A stretch of 32,736 nucleotides of DNA from Bacteroidota bacterium (GCA_051747085.1 JBNJFS010000003.1:1-32736), one strand, 5' to 3'; shown: positions 1-8,884, numbered from the stretch's first letter. Notes: a model not told the origin generated them from the sequence alone. A program made the numbers and translations.

Positions 1-660
1 CTGTCCGCGGAAAGATTTTGTTCGCAACGATTTTCCTATACGTCCAATAATTATAGCAGATACCGGAAACAAAATAAGCGCAATGAAAGTAAGTTTCGCG
101 CTCATCAGAAACAATACATATACATATACCACTAATAAAACAGGGTCTTTAAAGAACATCTCCAACGAACTAATGATCGACATTTCAATCTCTTTTACAT
201 CAAGAATCATTTTTGAAATAATATCACCACGCTTTTCATTGGAGAAATAACTTAAATCAAAATTCAGGATTTTCTCCATCAGCTCATTCCTTATATCCTT
301 AATCACCCCGGTTCGGATATGAATGATCAGATATTTACCTATAAATAAAAATATATTTTTCAGCAACGTAAAAGCAAGCACTATACCTATAATAAACAAT
401 AAGGCATTGATCGTTCCATACTGATTAACAATTTGCCCGAGGATATAATTAAAATTATGTTGTACTGACTCAACCGACAGCTCAAAAGGAATAGGATTAG
501 GATTAAAATTCTGGGTTGAAAATAAAATGCCCAGAAAAGGAATAACCATGGTAAAAGAAATCACTGAAAAAACCGCAGCCAGCAGATTACAGAAAACACT
601 TAACAGGGATTTTTTCCAGTAGGGAATCAGATAGCGTAATATGGCAAAAAATTTCCTCAT
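1..660 (-). CDS. ABC exporter, N-terminal transmembrane domain (MsbA/ABCB-like); 3' part of the gene lies beyond the left window edge
   Basis: Not in the supplied ORF track. I translated the reverse complement of 1..660 by hand and found 220 codons with no stop. It starts at ATG (658-660 rc) as MRKFFAILRYLIPYWKKSLLSVFCNLLAAVFSVISF... and continues ...SNEKRGDIISKMILDVKEIEM..., which is typical of type I ABC exporter membrane domains. Confidence 0.75.
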   Translation of the reverse strand, partial: MRKFFAILRYLIPYWKKSLLSVFCNLLAAVFSVISFTMVIPFLGILFSTQNFNPNPIPFELSVESVQHNFNYILGQIVNQYGTINALLFIIGIVLAFTLLKNIFLFIGKYLIIHIRTGVIKDIRNELMEKILNFDLSYFSNEKRGDIISKMILDVKEIEMSIISSLEMFFKDPVLLVVYVYVLFLMSAKLTFIALILFPVSAIIIGRIGKSLRTKSFRGQ

Positions 661-726
661 AAAAAGAGTTATCCATTGATATCCTATCAAAGGTAAAATA
701 AATTGGGCTATTTTTCGAAAATAAAA

Positions 727-2070
727 TTAAATACCGGTATAATTAAAAGGGGTAATATTTTTTAATTCTCTTTTAATGTCCTCATTCAGCTGAAGACTGT
801 CGATAAACCGATGAATACTTTCTTTTGTAATTTTCTCGCCGGTACGGGTTAGTTCTTTTAATGCTTCGTAAGGTTTTGGGTATCCTTCTCGTCGCAAAAT
901 AGTCTGTATTGCTTCGGCGACTACTGCCCAGTTCTCTTCCAGGTCATTTTCAATAGCTGATTCGTTAACCAGAATTTTTCCCAATCCTTTTAACAATGAT
1001 TGAAAAGCAATAATAGAATGAGCCACAGGCACTCCAATATTCCGCAATACGGTAGAATCGGTTAAATCGCGTTGCAACCTTGATATTGGCAATTTAAGCG
1101 CTAAATGTTCGCACATCGCATTAGAAATTCCCAGATTTCCTTCGGCATTTTCAAAATCGATAGGATTTACCTTGTGCGGCATAGCTGATGAACCCACTTC
1201 TCCTTTTTTAATCTTTTGCTTAAAATAGTTCATCGAAATGTACGTCCAGAAATCGCGGGAAAGGTCAATAAAAATGGTATTTATTCTTTTTAACGCATCA
1301 AAAAATGCAGCCATATTATCGTAATGTTCAATTTGGGTCGTCGGGAAAGATCGATTAAGCTGCAAAATGTGGTTAACAAAATGATTCCCGAAATTATTCC
1401 AGTCTACTTCAGGGTAAGCCACATGATGAGCATTAAAATTACCTGTTGCTCCGCCAAATTTTGCAGAGAAAGGAATGGATTTAAGTTGCCCCAACTGCTT
1501 TTCCAATCGTACTACAAAAACAGCGATTTCCTTTCCTAATCGTGTAGGTGAAGCGGGCTGTCCATGAGTTCGTGCAAGCATAGGAATTTTTTCCCAATCT
1601 TTACTCAATTGTTTGAGCTTATTTATTAAATCGTGAAAAACAGGATAAAATACATTTTCCATCGCATCCCGTAACGAATAGGGTGTGGCTGTATTGTTTA
1701 CATCCTGCGATGTTAATCCAAAATGGATAAATTCCTTATATGGTCCGAGTTGTAACGCATCAAACTTTTCTTTTATAAAATACTCAACCGCTTTTACATC
1801 ATGATTGGTAACTTTTTCAATATCTTTAATTTGTTGGGCATCTTCAACCTTGAAATCCTGATAAACTTTCCTTAATAACGCATATTTACTCTTATCAAAT
1901 CCGGATAGCTGATTCAAAGGAATATCGCATAAGGCGATAAAATACTCAATCTCAACAAGTACGCGATATTTTATCAATCCATACTCTGAAAAATAGGTTG
2001 CAAGGTTTTCGGTTTTGTTTCGATAACGTCCGTCAATAGGCGATATAGCCAAAAGTGTATCAATATTCAT
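727..2070 (-). CDS. purB: adenylosuccinate lyase
   Basis: 447 aa. N-terminus LAISPIDGRYRNKT, plus TSQDVNNT and SSAMPHKVNPIDFEN signature segments of the fumarate lyase/PurB family. Confidence 0.95.
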   Translation of the reverse strand: MNIDTLLAISPIDGRYRNKTENLATYFSEYGLIKYRVLVEIEYFIALCDIPLNQLSGFDKSKYALLRKVYQDFKVEDAQQIKDIEKVTNHDVKAVEYFIKEKFDALQLGPYKEFIHFGLTSQDVNNTATPYSLRDAMENVFYPVFHDLINKLKQLSKDWEKIPMLARTHGQPASPTRLGKEIAVFVVRLEKQLGQLKSIPFSAKFGGATGNFNAHHVAYPEVDWNNFGNHFVNHILQLNRSFPTTQIEHYDNMAAFFDALKRINTIFIDLSRDFWTYISMNYFKQKIKKGEVGSSAMPHKVNPIDFENAEGNLGISNAMCEHLALKLPISRLQRDLTDSTVLRNIGVPVAHSIIAFQSLLKGLGKILVNESAIENDLEENWAVVAEAIQTILRREGYPKPYEALKELTRTGEKITKESIHRFIDSLQLNEDIKRELKNITPFNYTGI

Positions 2071-2154
2071 GATTTATTTTTTTTACCCTTTAAGAAATCA
2101 CATGCAAATTAAACAAAAACAATTTATTTTCTATTATAATATTCGGAGCAATTG

Positions 2155-2162
2155 TATCTTTG
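2155..2162 (+). promoter_or_regulatory. Bacteroidota-type -7 promoter box (TATCTTTG, matches TAnnTTTG)
   Basis: Exact match to TAnnTTTG, 20 nt upstream of the ATG at 2183. No clear -33 TTTG seen. Confidence 0.4.
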
Positions 2163-2182
2163 TTAGGATAAAATATAGTCTA

Positions 2183-2938
2183 ATGAGTAAAATTAAAATA
2201 TCAGCAGTATCTTATACCAACACTTTCCCGTTTATTTACGGGATTGAAAATAATGCAATTATTCAAAAAATAACATTAAGGAAAGATGTCCCTTCGGCTT
2301 GTGCACAAAAATTACTTAACAACCAGGTTGACATCGGGCTTGTTCCCGTAGCAATAATTCCGGATTTACCGTATTCTGAAATTGTTGCCGATTATTGCAT
2401 TGGTGCATCTGGAATCGTACGGTCTGTTATTTTAGGCTCCAATCAACCCCTGGAAAAAATAAAAAAAATATACCTTGATTTTCATTCACGCTCATCGGTT
2501 ATGCTTAGCCGGGTTTTAGCCAAAAATTTCTGGAAAATTAAGGTTGAATGGGCGAGCACTTCCGAGGGATTTATTGAAAAAATTAAAGATAATGAAGCAG
2601 CAGTAATTATTGGCGACAAGGCCCTTGAAGCAGAAACAAAATTCCCATACGTTTATGATTTAGCCGAAGAATGGATGAAATTTACCAACCTTCCCTTTGT
2701 TTTTGCTGCATGGGTAGCCAACAAACCGATTAACGATTCATTCAAAAAAGAATTTAATACAGCCTTACAATACGGGTTACAGCATATTGATGATATGCTT
2801 AAGGTATATGATGTTTCGTATCTTCCAAAACATATTAAGGCTAAAGATTACCTGGAAAATAATATTGATTTTCATTTGGATGATAAAAAACGAAAAGGAA
2901 TGCAACTATTTTTACAATATGCCAAAGAATCTCAATAA
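2183..2938 (+). CDS. mqnA: chorismate dehydratase (futalosine-pathway menaquinone biosynthesis, MqnA family)
   Basis: MSKIKISAVSYTNTFPFIYGIE... resembles the MqnA N-terminus (SYLNTLPF-type), and the length fits the VitK2 biosynthesis (MqnA/MqnD) family. I chose the start at M39 of the 289-aa track ORF because the upstream 38 codons are low-complexity, overlap the purB start, and the -7 box lies inside them. Confidence 0.72.
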   Translation: MSKIKISAVSYTNTFPFIYGIENNAIIQKITLRKDVPSACAQKLLNNQVDIGLVPVAIIPDLPYSEIVADYCIGASGIVRSVILGSNQPLEKIKKIYLDFHSRSSVMLSRVLAKNFWKIKVEWASTSEGFIEKIKDNEAAVIIGDKALEAETKFPYVYDLAEEWMKFTNLPFVFAAWVANKPINDSFKKEFNTALQYGLQHIDDMLKVYDVSYLPKHIKAKDYLENNIDFHLDDKKRKGMQLFLQYAKESQ

Positions 2939-2975
2939 TATTTCGGAAATTAGCCTTGACTAAATTTAATCAATA

Positions 2976-4397
2976 ATGAAAAGACCAGTATTAATCCTCC
3001 TTATTTTGGTATTTGCCTTTTATAATGTGCGGGCAAATTCAGATACAACAAGTATTACAGACACATCTAAAAATATCGTTTATGTTTTCAGCATCAACCA
3101 GGATATTGGCCCCCCGGCATGGCGACTAACACAAAAAAGCTTTGAAGAAGCTTATGCCATAAAAGCGAATTACATTATCATTAAACTGAATACCTATGGG
3201 GGGATGGTTAACATGGGTGATTCCATCCGAACCAAAATGCTGGAAAGCCAGGTTCCTGTTTATGCTTTTATAACCAACAATGCAGCATCAGCCGGTGCAT
3301 TAATAGCTATAGCAGCCGACAGTATCTACATGAAAAAAGGAGCCAAAATTGGTTCTGCTTCGGTGGTTGACCAAACCGGAAAAATTATGCCCGAAAAATA
3401 TCAGTCGTACATGCGCTCAACCATGCGCGCTACTGCCGAGGCACACGGAAAAGACACTATAATCAAAGGCAATGATACCATCGTAAAGTGGCATCGCGAC
3501 CCGGTTATTGCAGAAGCTATGGTTGACCCTTCAATCTATATCGAAAATGTTTCTGATACCGGAAAGATTGTTGCCTTTACTGCAAGCGAAGCCATGGAAT
3601 ACGGATACTGCGAAGCTTCTTTAGAAAGTATTCAGGAAGTAGTAGCACATGCAGGAATAGAAAATTACGAAATTTATGAGTATAAACCAACCAGCATGGA
3701 GAAATTTATTGGCTTTCTGATAAGCCCTGCCATTCAAGGTATCTTAATTATGCTCATTGTAGGTGGAATTTACTTTGAATTACAATCGCCCGGAATTGGG
3801 TTCCCGCTGGCTGCTGCATTATTAGGAGCTATCTTGTATTTTGCACCGCTATACCTGGAAGGATTAGCAGAAAACTGGGAAATGGTCATCTTTTTGGTTG
3901 GGCTTATTCTGATTATATTGGAGATATTTGTTATCCCCGGATTTGGAATAGCCGGAATAAGTGGTGTTATACTTGCATTTGCAGGGTTAGTACTTAGCAT
4001 GATCGATAATATCATCTTCGAATTTGAGTTTCATGCCGTGGAAGCCATAGGAATCGTTTTAAAATCTTTTATGATAGTAGCTATTTCTATCTTTCTATCT
4101 TTTATCTTATCCCTTTATCTGAGTCAAAAAGTGCTCACCTCAAATACTTTTTCATGGATAGTGCTCAATTCAACCCAAAAGAAAGATGAGGGTTATGTTG
4201 GCGTTGACAGCAAGCAAAAAGATGTGATAGGACAAACAGGGATAGCGCTTACCAATTTAAGACCCAGCGGCAAAGTAGAAATTGAGGATGAAATGTACGA
4301 TGCCAAATCTGAAATTGGTTTTATAGAAAAGGGCCAAAAAGTAAAAGTAATTAATTATAGCTCAGGACAAATTTATGTTGTTAAAGTTGAAGCGTAA
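2976..4397 (+). CDS. NfeD-family membrane-bound serine protease (ClpP-like N-domain, multi-TM core, C-terminal OB-fold)
   Basis: 473 aa. Signal peptide MKRPVLILLILVFAFYNVRA. NNAASAGALIAIAAD resembles the catalytic-Ser segment of long NfeD/STOPP proteases. A central hydrophobic block of about 4-5 TM helices is followed by C-terminal GQTGIALTNLRPSGKVEIEDEMYDAKSE...GQKVKV, an NfeD OB domain. Confidence 0.8.
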   Translation: MKRPVLILLILVFAFYNVRANSDTTSITDTSKNIVYVFSINQDIGPPAWRLTQKSFEEAYAIKANYIIIKLNTYGGMVNMGDSIRTKMLESQVPVYAFITNNAASAGALIAIAADSIYMKKGAKIGSASVVDQTGKIMPEKYQSYMRSTMRATAEAHGKDTIIKGNDTIVKWHRDPVIAEAMVDPSIYIENVSDTGKIVAFTASEAMEYGYCEASLESIQEVVAHAGIENYEIYEYKPTSMEKFIGFLISPAIQGILIMLIVGGIYFELQSPGIGFPLAAALLGAILYFAPLYLEGLAENWEMVIFLVGLILIILEIFVIPGFGIAGISGVILAFAGLVLSMIDNIIFEFEFHAVEAIGIVLKSFMIVAISIFLSFILSLYLSQKVLTSNTFSWIVLNSTQKKDEGYVGVDSKQKDVIGQTGIALTNLRPSGKVEIEDEMYDAKSEIGFIEKGQKVKVINYSSGQIYVVKVEA

Positions 4398-4844
4398 ATG
4401 ATGAACCAACAATTTATTTTAAGAGATTACCAAAAAAATGATTATCAAAAAATTAATGAATTATGGCAAGCTACCGGTTTAGGCGGGAGTCATCGCGGTG
4501 ATAATGCTACAATTATTGCTCACAGCCTGGAAATCGGTGGAAGATTACTTGTGATTGAAAATACCGAAACCGGTGAAATCATCGGTTCATCGTGGATGAC
4601 TTTCGACGGACGGAGAATCCACCTGCACCATATTGGCGTGAAACCCGAATTTCAAGATCAAGGTTTTGGGAAGTTCCTTACCAAAGAATCGTTAAAGCAT
4701 GCCCAAAAAAAGGGATACCAGATAAAACTGGAGGTACATCAAACGAATAAAAAAGCCATAGAGATTTACAAAAAACTTGGATTTACATATTTAGGTGATT
4801 ATGATATTTATATTGTTAGAGACCTGAATTCTCTTTCCTTTTAA
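4398..4844 (+). CDS. GNAT family N-acetyltransferase (YpeA-like)
   Basis: 148 aa. HHIGVKPEFQDQGFGKFL matches the acetyl-CoA binding motif A (Q/RxxGxG/A). The overall layout resembles E. coli YpeA. The ATG immediately follows the NfeD stop codon (TAA 4395-4397). Confidence 0.8.
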   Translation: MMNQQFILRDYQKNDYQKINELWQATGLGGSHRGDNATIIAHSLEIGGRLLVIENTETGEIIGSSWMTFDGRRIHLHHIGVKPEFQDQGFGKFLTKESLKHAQKKGYQIKLEVHQTNKKAIEIYKKLGFTYLGDYDIYIVRDLNSLSF

Positions 4845-4937
4845 TGTTAAAATTTCTTAAAATTAAACTTAAATTTTTTTCTCCGGGATTAATTAAGTAA
4901 TTTTATAGTCTGTGTCTAACTAAAAAATAATCACGTT

Positions 4938-5192
4938 ATGACAATAACATTCAATGAGTTACGAAAGATTAAAGACCGTTTGCCCCATGGTGCAATTCGA
5001 AAGATTGCCAGCAATTTAAACCTGAATGAGGAGACGGTAAGGAATTACTTCGGTGGCACAAATTATCGCGAAGGCGAAAGTGCAGGAATCCATTTTTCAC
5101 AGGGACCCGATGGCGGAGTCGTAAAAATTGATGACACGACAATACTAGATATGGCTATTAAAATGACCGAAGAAACACAATCTAGAAACTAA
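4938..5192 (+). CDS. small hypothetical protein with a probable helix-turn-helix
   Basis: 84 aa. GAIRKIASNLNLNEETVRNYF looks like an HTH. A strong intrinsic terminator follows. No family recognised. Confidence 0.4.
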   Translation: MTITFNELRKIKDRLPHGAIRKIASNLNLNEETVRNYFGGTNYREGESAGIHFSQGPDGGVVKIDDTTILDMAIKMTEETQSRN

Positions 5193-5216
5193 GTTTTTAA
5201 AAATTCCTTCAGAAAA

Positions 5217-5250
5217 GCAGAAAAAATTACTTTTCTGCTTTTTTGTTTTT
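5217..5250 (+). terminator. Rho-independent terminator
   Basis: GCAGAAAA (5217-5224) pairs with TTTTCTGC (5231-5238) across a 6-nt loop. The stem can be extended by A:U pairs and is followed by TTTTTTGTTTTT. Confidence 0.7.
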
Positions 5251-5259
5251 AAAGGGTAG

Positions 5260-5267
5260 TATTTTTG
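5260..5267 (+). promoter_or_regulatory. -7 promoter box (TATTTTTG)
   Basis: Exact TAnnTTTG match 20 nt upstream of the ATG at 5288 and just downstream of the terminator. Confidence 0.4.
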
Positions 5268-5287
5268 TTTAAAAAGGAAATCAGTGG

Positions 5288-5944
5288 ATGAACGACCTAA
5301 ATTACATGATAGAAAAAACTGAGCAGAAATGGCTCCATCAGCTTTATAACTATTGCCAGTCGCTCTTTTCCAATTCGACAATTCCATCACATGACCATAA
5401 TCACCATTACCGTGTATGGAACTATTGCAAGGAAATACTTACTACCCTTCACCCGGGCATCCGTATTAATTATGACTTAATGGAAGGATGTATGATAGCC
5501 TCCTTTTTTCATGATACGGGTTTAAGCAATACTATCGATGAATTTCACGGACAGGAAAGCAAAAAAATATGCCAGGCTTATTTCAAAGATCAAAACCTTG
5601 AAACACCAAAAAATTTTAGTGATATTTTGTGGGCTATAGAAAAACATGATGACAAGAATTACCAACCGGAAAAACAGAACCCGGATTCGCTTTTGTCCAT
5701 TATTTGTAATGCAGATGATTTGGATGCTTTTGGTAATATTGGCGTAATCCGGTACACCGAAATCTACCTGCTAAGAGGAGTAGAGATGGATCAGCTTCCA
5801 GCGTTGGTTATCCAAAACATGGACAATAGATTCCGGCATTTCAAACTTACGTATAAGGATTACCCTGAATTATATAAGAAACACCAAACCCGATATTTAA
5901 TAACCAGAAAATTCTTTAAAGAATTACAGGAAGAATTTATTTAA
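5288..5944 (+). CDS. HD-domain phosphohydrolase family protein
   Basis: 218 aa. H...HD metal-binding pattern (HDHNHHYRVWNY, FFHDTGL, EKHDD, NADDLDAFG), typical of the HD superfamily. Confidence 0.7.
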   Translation: MNDLNYMIEKTEQKWLHQLYNYCQSLFSNSTIPSHDHNHHYRVWNYCKEILTTLHPGIRINYDLMEGCMIASFFHDTGLSNTIDEFHGQESKKICQAYFKDQNLETPKNFSDILWAIEKHDDKNYQPEKQNPDSLLSIICNADDLDAFGNIGVIRYTEIYLLRGVEMDQLPALVIQNMDNRFRHFKLTYKDYPELYKKHQTRYLITRKFFKELQEEFI

Positions 5945-6548
5945 TTACAAAATCCAACATTTTCTCATCTTCAATATAGGCTGTAAGACTGTCACCAATT
6001 TTTACAGGTCCAACACCGGCAGGAGTACCCGTAAATAATAAGTCACCGATTTTGATGGTTGTAAACTTCGAAACATAAGCTATCAGCTGGTCTACCGGGA
6101 AAATCATATCTTTAGTATTAGCTTGTTGTACGATATTTCCATTTAACTCAAGCCGAAAATTAATCCCATTAATACTGCCTGTTTTTTCCAGCGGTAAAAA
6201 ATTACTTATTGGAGCAGCTCCGTCGAATGATTTGGCAATTTCCCAGGGCAACCCTTTTTCCTTGCACTTTTTTTGCAGGTCGCGAGCAGTGAAATCTATC
6301 CCCAAACCTATTTCGCTATAGTATCTATGCGCAAATTCGGGTGCAATATTTTTTCCCAACCGGTTAAGTTTTATCACAACCTCTACCTCATAATGAATAT
6401 CGGTTGAAAAATCGGGATAAAAAAAAGGTTGGTTATTCCGCAACAAAGCGGTTTCTGGCATCATAAAAAATACCGGTTCTTTAGGAACAGGGTTATTAAA
6501 TTCCTTCGCATGGTCTATATAATTTCTACCAATAGCAATTATTTTCAT
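5937..6548 (-). CDS. fumarylacetoacetate hydrolase (FAH) family protein
   Basis: 203 aa. MKIIAIGRNYIDHAKE...PVFFMMP...YEVEVVIKL...GIDFTARDLQ...GDLLFTGTPAGVGPV is the classic short FAH-family pattern. Confidence 0.85.
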   Translation of the reverse strand: MKIIAIGRNYIDHAKEFNNPVPKEPVFFMMPETALLRNNQPFFYPDFSTDIHYEVEVVIKLNRLGKNIAPEFAHRYYSEIGLGIDFTARDLQKKCKEKGLPWEIAKSFDGAAPISNFLPLEKTGSINGINFRLELNGNIVQQANTKDMIFPVDQLIAYVSKFTTIKIGDLLFTGTPAGVGPVKIGDSLTAYIEDEKMLDFVIK

Positions 6549-6577
6549 GATATCTTAATTAAAAAATTCAACCGAAC

Positions 6578-6850
6578 TCATTTATTATCGCGGAAAACAA
6601 TTTTGTACGGTCTTACTTCGCTTTTTGAAATACCATTTTTTATCGCCGGATCATTATTTACAATATCCATTAACTCTTCTTCACTTTCAACATCAATAAC
6701 AAACATTCCACCACGTTTTTCATCCAGGAAAGGACCTGTAATGATAAGTTTTCCTTTGTCAAACAGGTCCTTAAGATATTCAATATGAGGCTGCATCATT
6801 TCTTCCGTTACATCTTTTCGTAACATATGGTGTATTACTACATAATTCAT
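6578..6850 (-). CDS. YciI family protein
   Basis: 90 aa. HIEYLKDLFDKGKLIITGPF...GGMFVIDVESEEELMDIVNNDP matches the YciI-like fold signature. Confidence 0.7.
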   Translation of the reverse strand: MNYVVIHHMLRKDVTEEMMQPHIEYLKDLFDKGKLIITGPFLDEKRGGMFVIDVESEEELMDIVNNDPAIKNGISKSEVRPYKIVFRDNK

Positions 6851-6909
6851 AGGAATTAATTTAAAATTTCTATTCTACAAATGATTTTGGCTTAATGTAC
6901 CGGTTTACA

Positions 6910-7677
6910 TTAATTGTTAAAGTTTCTCAACTTAATTGCTGTTAAAACTTTTTTAGTATACAAAGGAAAATCACTATTTATTATCCACCCAAAATATCCG
7001 GGATCTTTTTCAAGCACCGACTCAACGGTTTTTCCTTTATATTTTCCAAAATTAAATATTTCCTGACCTTTATCATTATATACGATACGCCCTGCAAAAT
7101 CAGCATTGGTGTTATGGGTTGAAAATTTAGACAATTTCTCAACATCATTCTCAAGTTCAGTATAACGTTCAAGCTGAGCTTTTAAAATTTCAAATGTCGC
7201 TTTGGTATCGGCTTCGGCGCTATGGGCATCTTCCAAAAGCTTATTACAATAAAATTTATAGGCTGCGCTTAGGGTTCGTTGTTCCATCTTATGAAAAATC
7301 ACCTGTACATCTATTGACCGCAATTTTTTTAAGTCAAAATCAATTTCGGCACGAATAAATTCTTCGGCAAGTAAAGGAATATCGAACTTACCTGAATTGT
7401 AACCGGCGATATCACATCCCTCAATAAATTGAGCGATACTTCTTCCTACTTCGTTAAAGGTAGGTTTATCTTTTACATCCTCGTCGCTAATACCGTGAAT
7501 TTCGGTTGATTGAGGTGGAATAGGAATTCCCGGATTAATCAACATCGTTTTCATTTCTTCCGAACCATCAGGGAATACTTTTAGCAATGAAATCTCTACA
7601 ATTCGGTCGCTAGCAATATTAACTCCGGTGGTTTCCAAGTCAAAAAATACAATTGGTTTTTTTAAATCTAAATCCAT
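6910..7677 (-). CDS. DEDDh 3'-5' exonuclease (DnaQ/epsilon-like) with ExoX-like C-terminal domain
   Basis: 255 aa. ExoI FFDLETTG, ExoII GYNSGKFDIPLL, ExoIII HSAEADTKAT. The C-terminal FGKYKGKTVESVLEKDPGYFGWI resembles the ExoX-type C-terminal module. Confidence 0.85.
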   Translation of the reverse strand: MDLDLKKPIVFFDLETTGVNIASDRIVEISLLKVFPDGSEEMKTMLINPGIPIPPQSTEIHGISDEDVKDKPTFNEVGRSIAQFIEGCDIAGYNSGKFDIPLLAEEFIRAEIDFDLKKLRSIDVQVIFHKMEQRTLSAAYKFYCNKLLEDAHSAEADTKATFEILKAQLERYTELENDVEKLSKFSTHNTNADFAGRIVYNDKGQEIFNFGKYKGKTVESVLEKDPGYFGWIINSDFPLYTKKVLTAIKLRNFNN

Positions 7678-7697
7678 TATTTTGATTTTTGCCCTTT

Positions 7698-7727
7698 ACA
7701 AAAAAAGAGTTTCAATCCGAAACTCTT
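7698..7727 (-). terminator. Rho-independent terminator downstream of dnaN
   Basis: Perfect 9-bp stem, AAGAGTTTC (7705-7713) with GAAACTCTT (7719-7727), and a 5-nt loop. On the minus strand the hairpin is followed by TTTTTGT. Confidence 0.7.
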
Positions 7728-7753
7728 TTACAAGGGATTTGTACTATATTTTT

Positions 7754-8884
7754 TTATCCTTTAATCATCATGGGCATTAACAACATCAGCACATCCTCGT
7801 CTTCGTTTTCTTTTTCTGCGGGAAAAAAGATTCCTGCTCTCGAAGGATCTGAGAACTCAGCTAAAACATCGGTTGATGTTAAATTAGATAATATTTCGAT
7901 AAGGAAAGATGATTTAAAACCAATTTCCATCTCATCTCCTTCATACTGAGAATTTAATCGTTCATTTGCCGAGATTGAAAAATCAATATCCTGAGCAGAA
8001 ACATTCATCTGATTATTTTTCAACTCTAATTTGACCAAATTACTTGCCTGGTTAGAGAATAGAGCAACCCGTTTTAGTGCATTGTATAGTTCCAACCGAT
8101 CAATCGTAAGTTTATTTGGATTATTGGTTGGGATAACTGAGTTATAGCTTGGATAATTACCTTCAACTAATCGGGAAACTAATTTATAATTAGACAATGT
8201 AAAGAATGCATTTTTATCATCAAACTCAATCACCACATCATTTTCTTCTTTGGGCAAAATAGCTTTTAAAAGCGATGCGGGTTTTTTAGGTAAAATAAAT
8301 GATGATTCCTGATCAGCCTTAGCATCCATTCTTCGATAACGTACTAATTTATGGGCATCAGAAGCAACAAATGTCATACTATCAGTAAACAACTCAATAT
8401 AAATACCATTCATTACCGGTCGTAACTCATCATCTGCTGTAGCAAAAAGAGTCTTCGTAATTCCATTTAATAACAATTCAGAAGGTAACTGAACAGATGT
8501 CTTTTGCTCGTCTTTAATAATAGGCAACTGGGGAAAATCTTCACCATTTTGTCCAACGACATTGTATTTCCCGTTTTCAGTTGTAATAACCACCCCAAAT
8601 GATTCCGTATTGATATCGAAAGTTAATGGTTGATCGGGGAATTCTTTAAGGGTATCCGTTAAAATTCTGGCAGGAATAGCGATACTGCCTTCATCTGTTA
8701 CATTTTCTAATGAAATGGTTGTAATCAGGGTTGTTTCCAAATCTGAGGCCGTAATTTTTAGCTCATTATCTTGTAACTGAAATAAAAAATTATCAAGAAT
8801 CGGCAATGTATTTTTCGCACTAATTACCCTGCTAATAGCCTGCAAATGACTCAATAACTCTGTACTGGATATAACAAATTTCAT
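7754..8884 (-). CDS. dnaN: DNA polymerase III subunit beta (sliding clamp)
   Basis: 376 aa. MKFVISSTELLSHLQAISRVISAKNTLPILDNFLF... and three-domain length. Canonical DnaN. Confidence 0.95.
   Translation of the reverse strand: MKFVISSTELLSHLQAISRVISAKNTLPILDNFLFQLQDNELKITASDLETTLITTISLENVTDEGSIAIPARILTDTLKEFPDQPLTFDINTESFGVVITTENGKYNVVGQNGEDFPQLPIIKDEQKTSVQLPSELLLNGITKTLFATADDELRPVMNGIYIELFTDSMTFVASDAHKLVRYRRMDAKADQESSFILPKKPASLLKAILPKEENDVVIEFDDKNAFFTLSNYKLVSRLVEGNYPSYNSVIPTNNPNKLTIDRLELYNALKRVALFSNQASNLVKLELKNNQMNVSAQDIDFSISANERLNSQYEGDEMEIGFKSSFLIEILSNLTSTDVLAEFSDPSRAGIFFPAEKENEDEDVLMLLMPMMIKG

Noticed and set aside
661-726. TATTTT-tcg-AAAATA hairpin between the ABC transporter start and the purB stop as a purB terminator
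   Set aside because: It has only 6 A:U pairs with no G:C content and no clear downstream T-run on the minus strand. That is too weak to call.
2069-2182. N-terminal 38-codon extension of the mqnA ORF as given in the ORF track (start at 2069)
   Set aside because: The extension is low-complexity (MIYFFYPLRNH...FIFYYNI), overlaps the divergent purB start codon and contains the -7 promoter box at 2155-2162. MSKIKISAVSY at 2183 looks like a genuine MqnA N-terminus.
4398-4844. GNAT as the toxin of a GNAT/RHH (TacT/AtaT-like) toxin-antitoxin pair, with the downstream 84-aa HTH-like ORF as antitoxin
   Set aside because: The GNAT resembles housekeeping YpeA-type acetyltransferases and is translationally abutted to NfeD. 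Known GNAT toxins have the antitoxin upstream and overlapping, whereas here the small ORF is 93 nt downstream with a separate transcript.
5145-5390. 81-aa minus-strand ORF spanning the 5193-5287 intergenic region
   Set aside because: It runs through a plus-strand terminator hairpin and promoter box and overlaps both flanking plus-strand genes. Its composition is unremarkable and it has no signals of its own.
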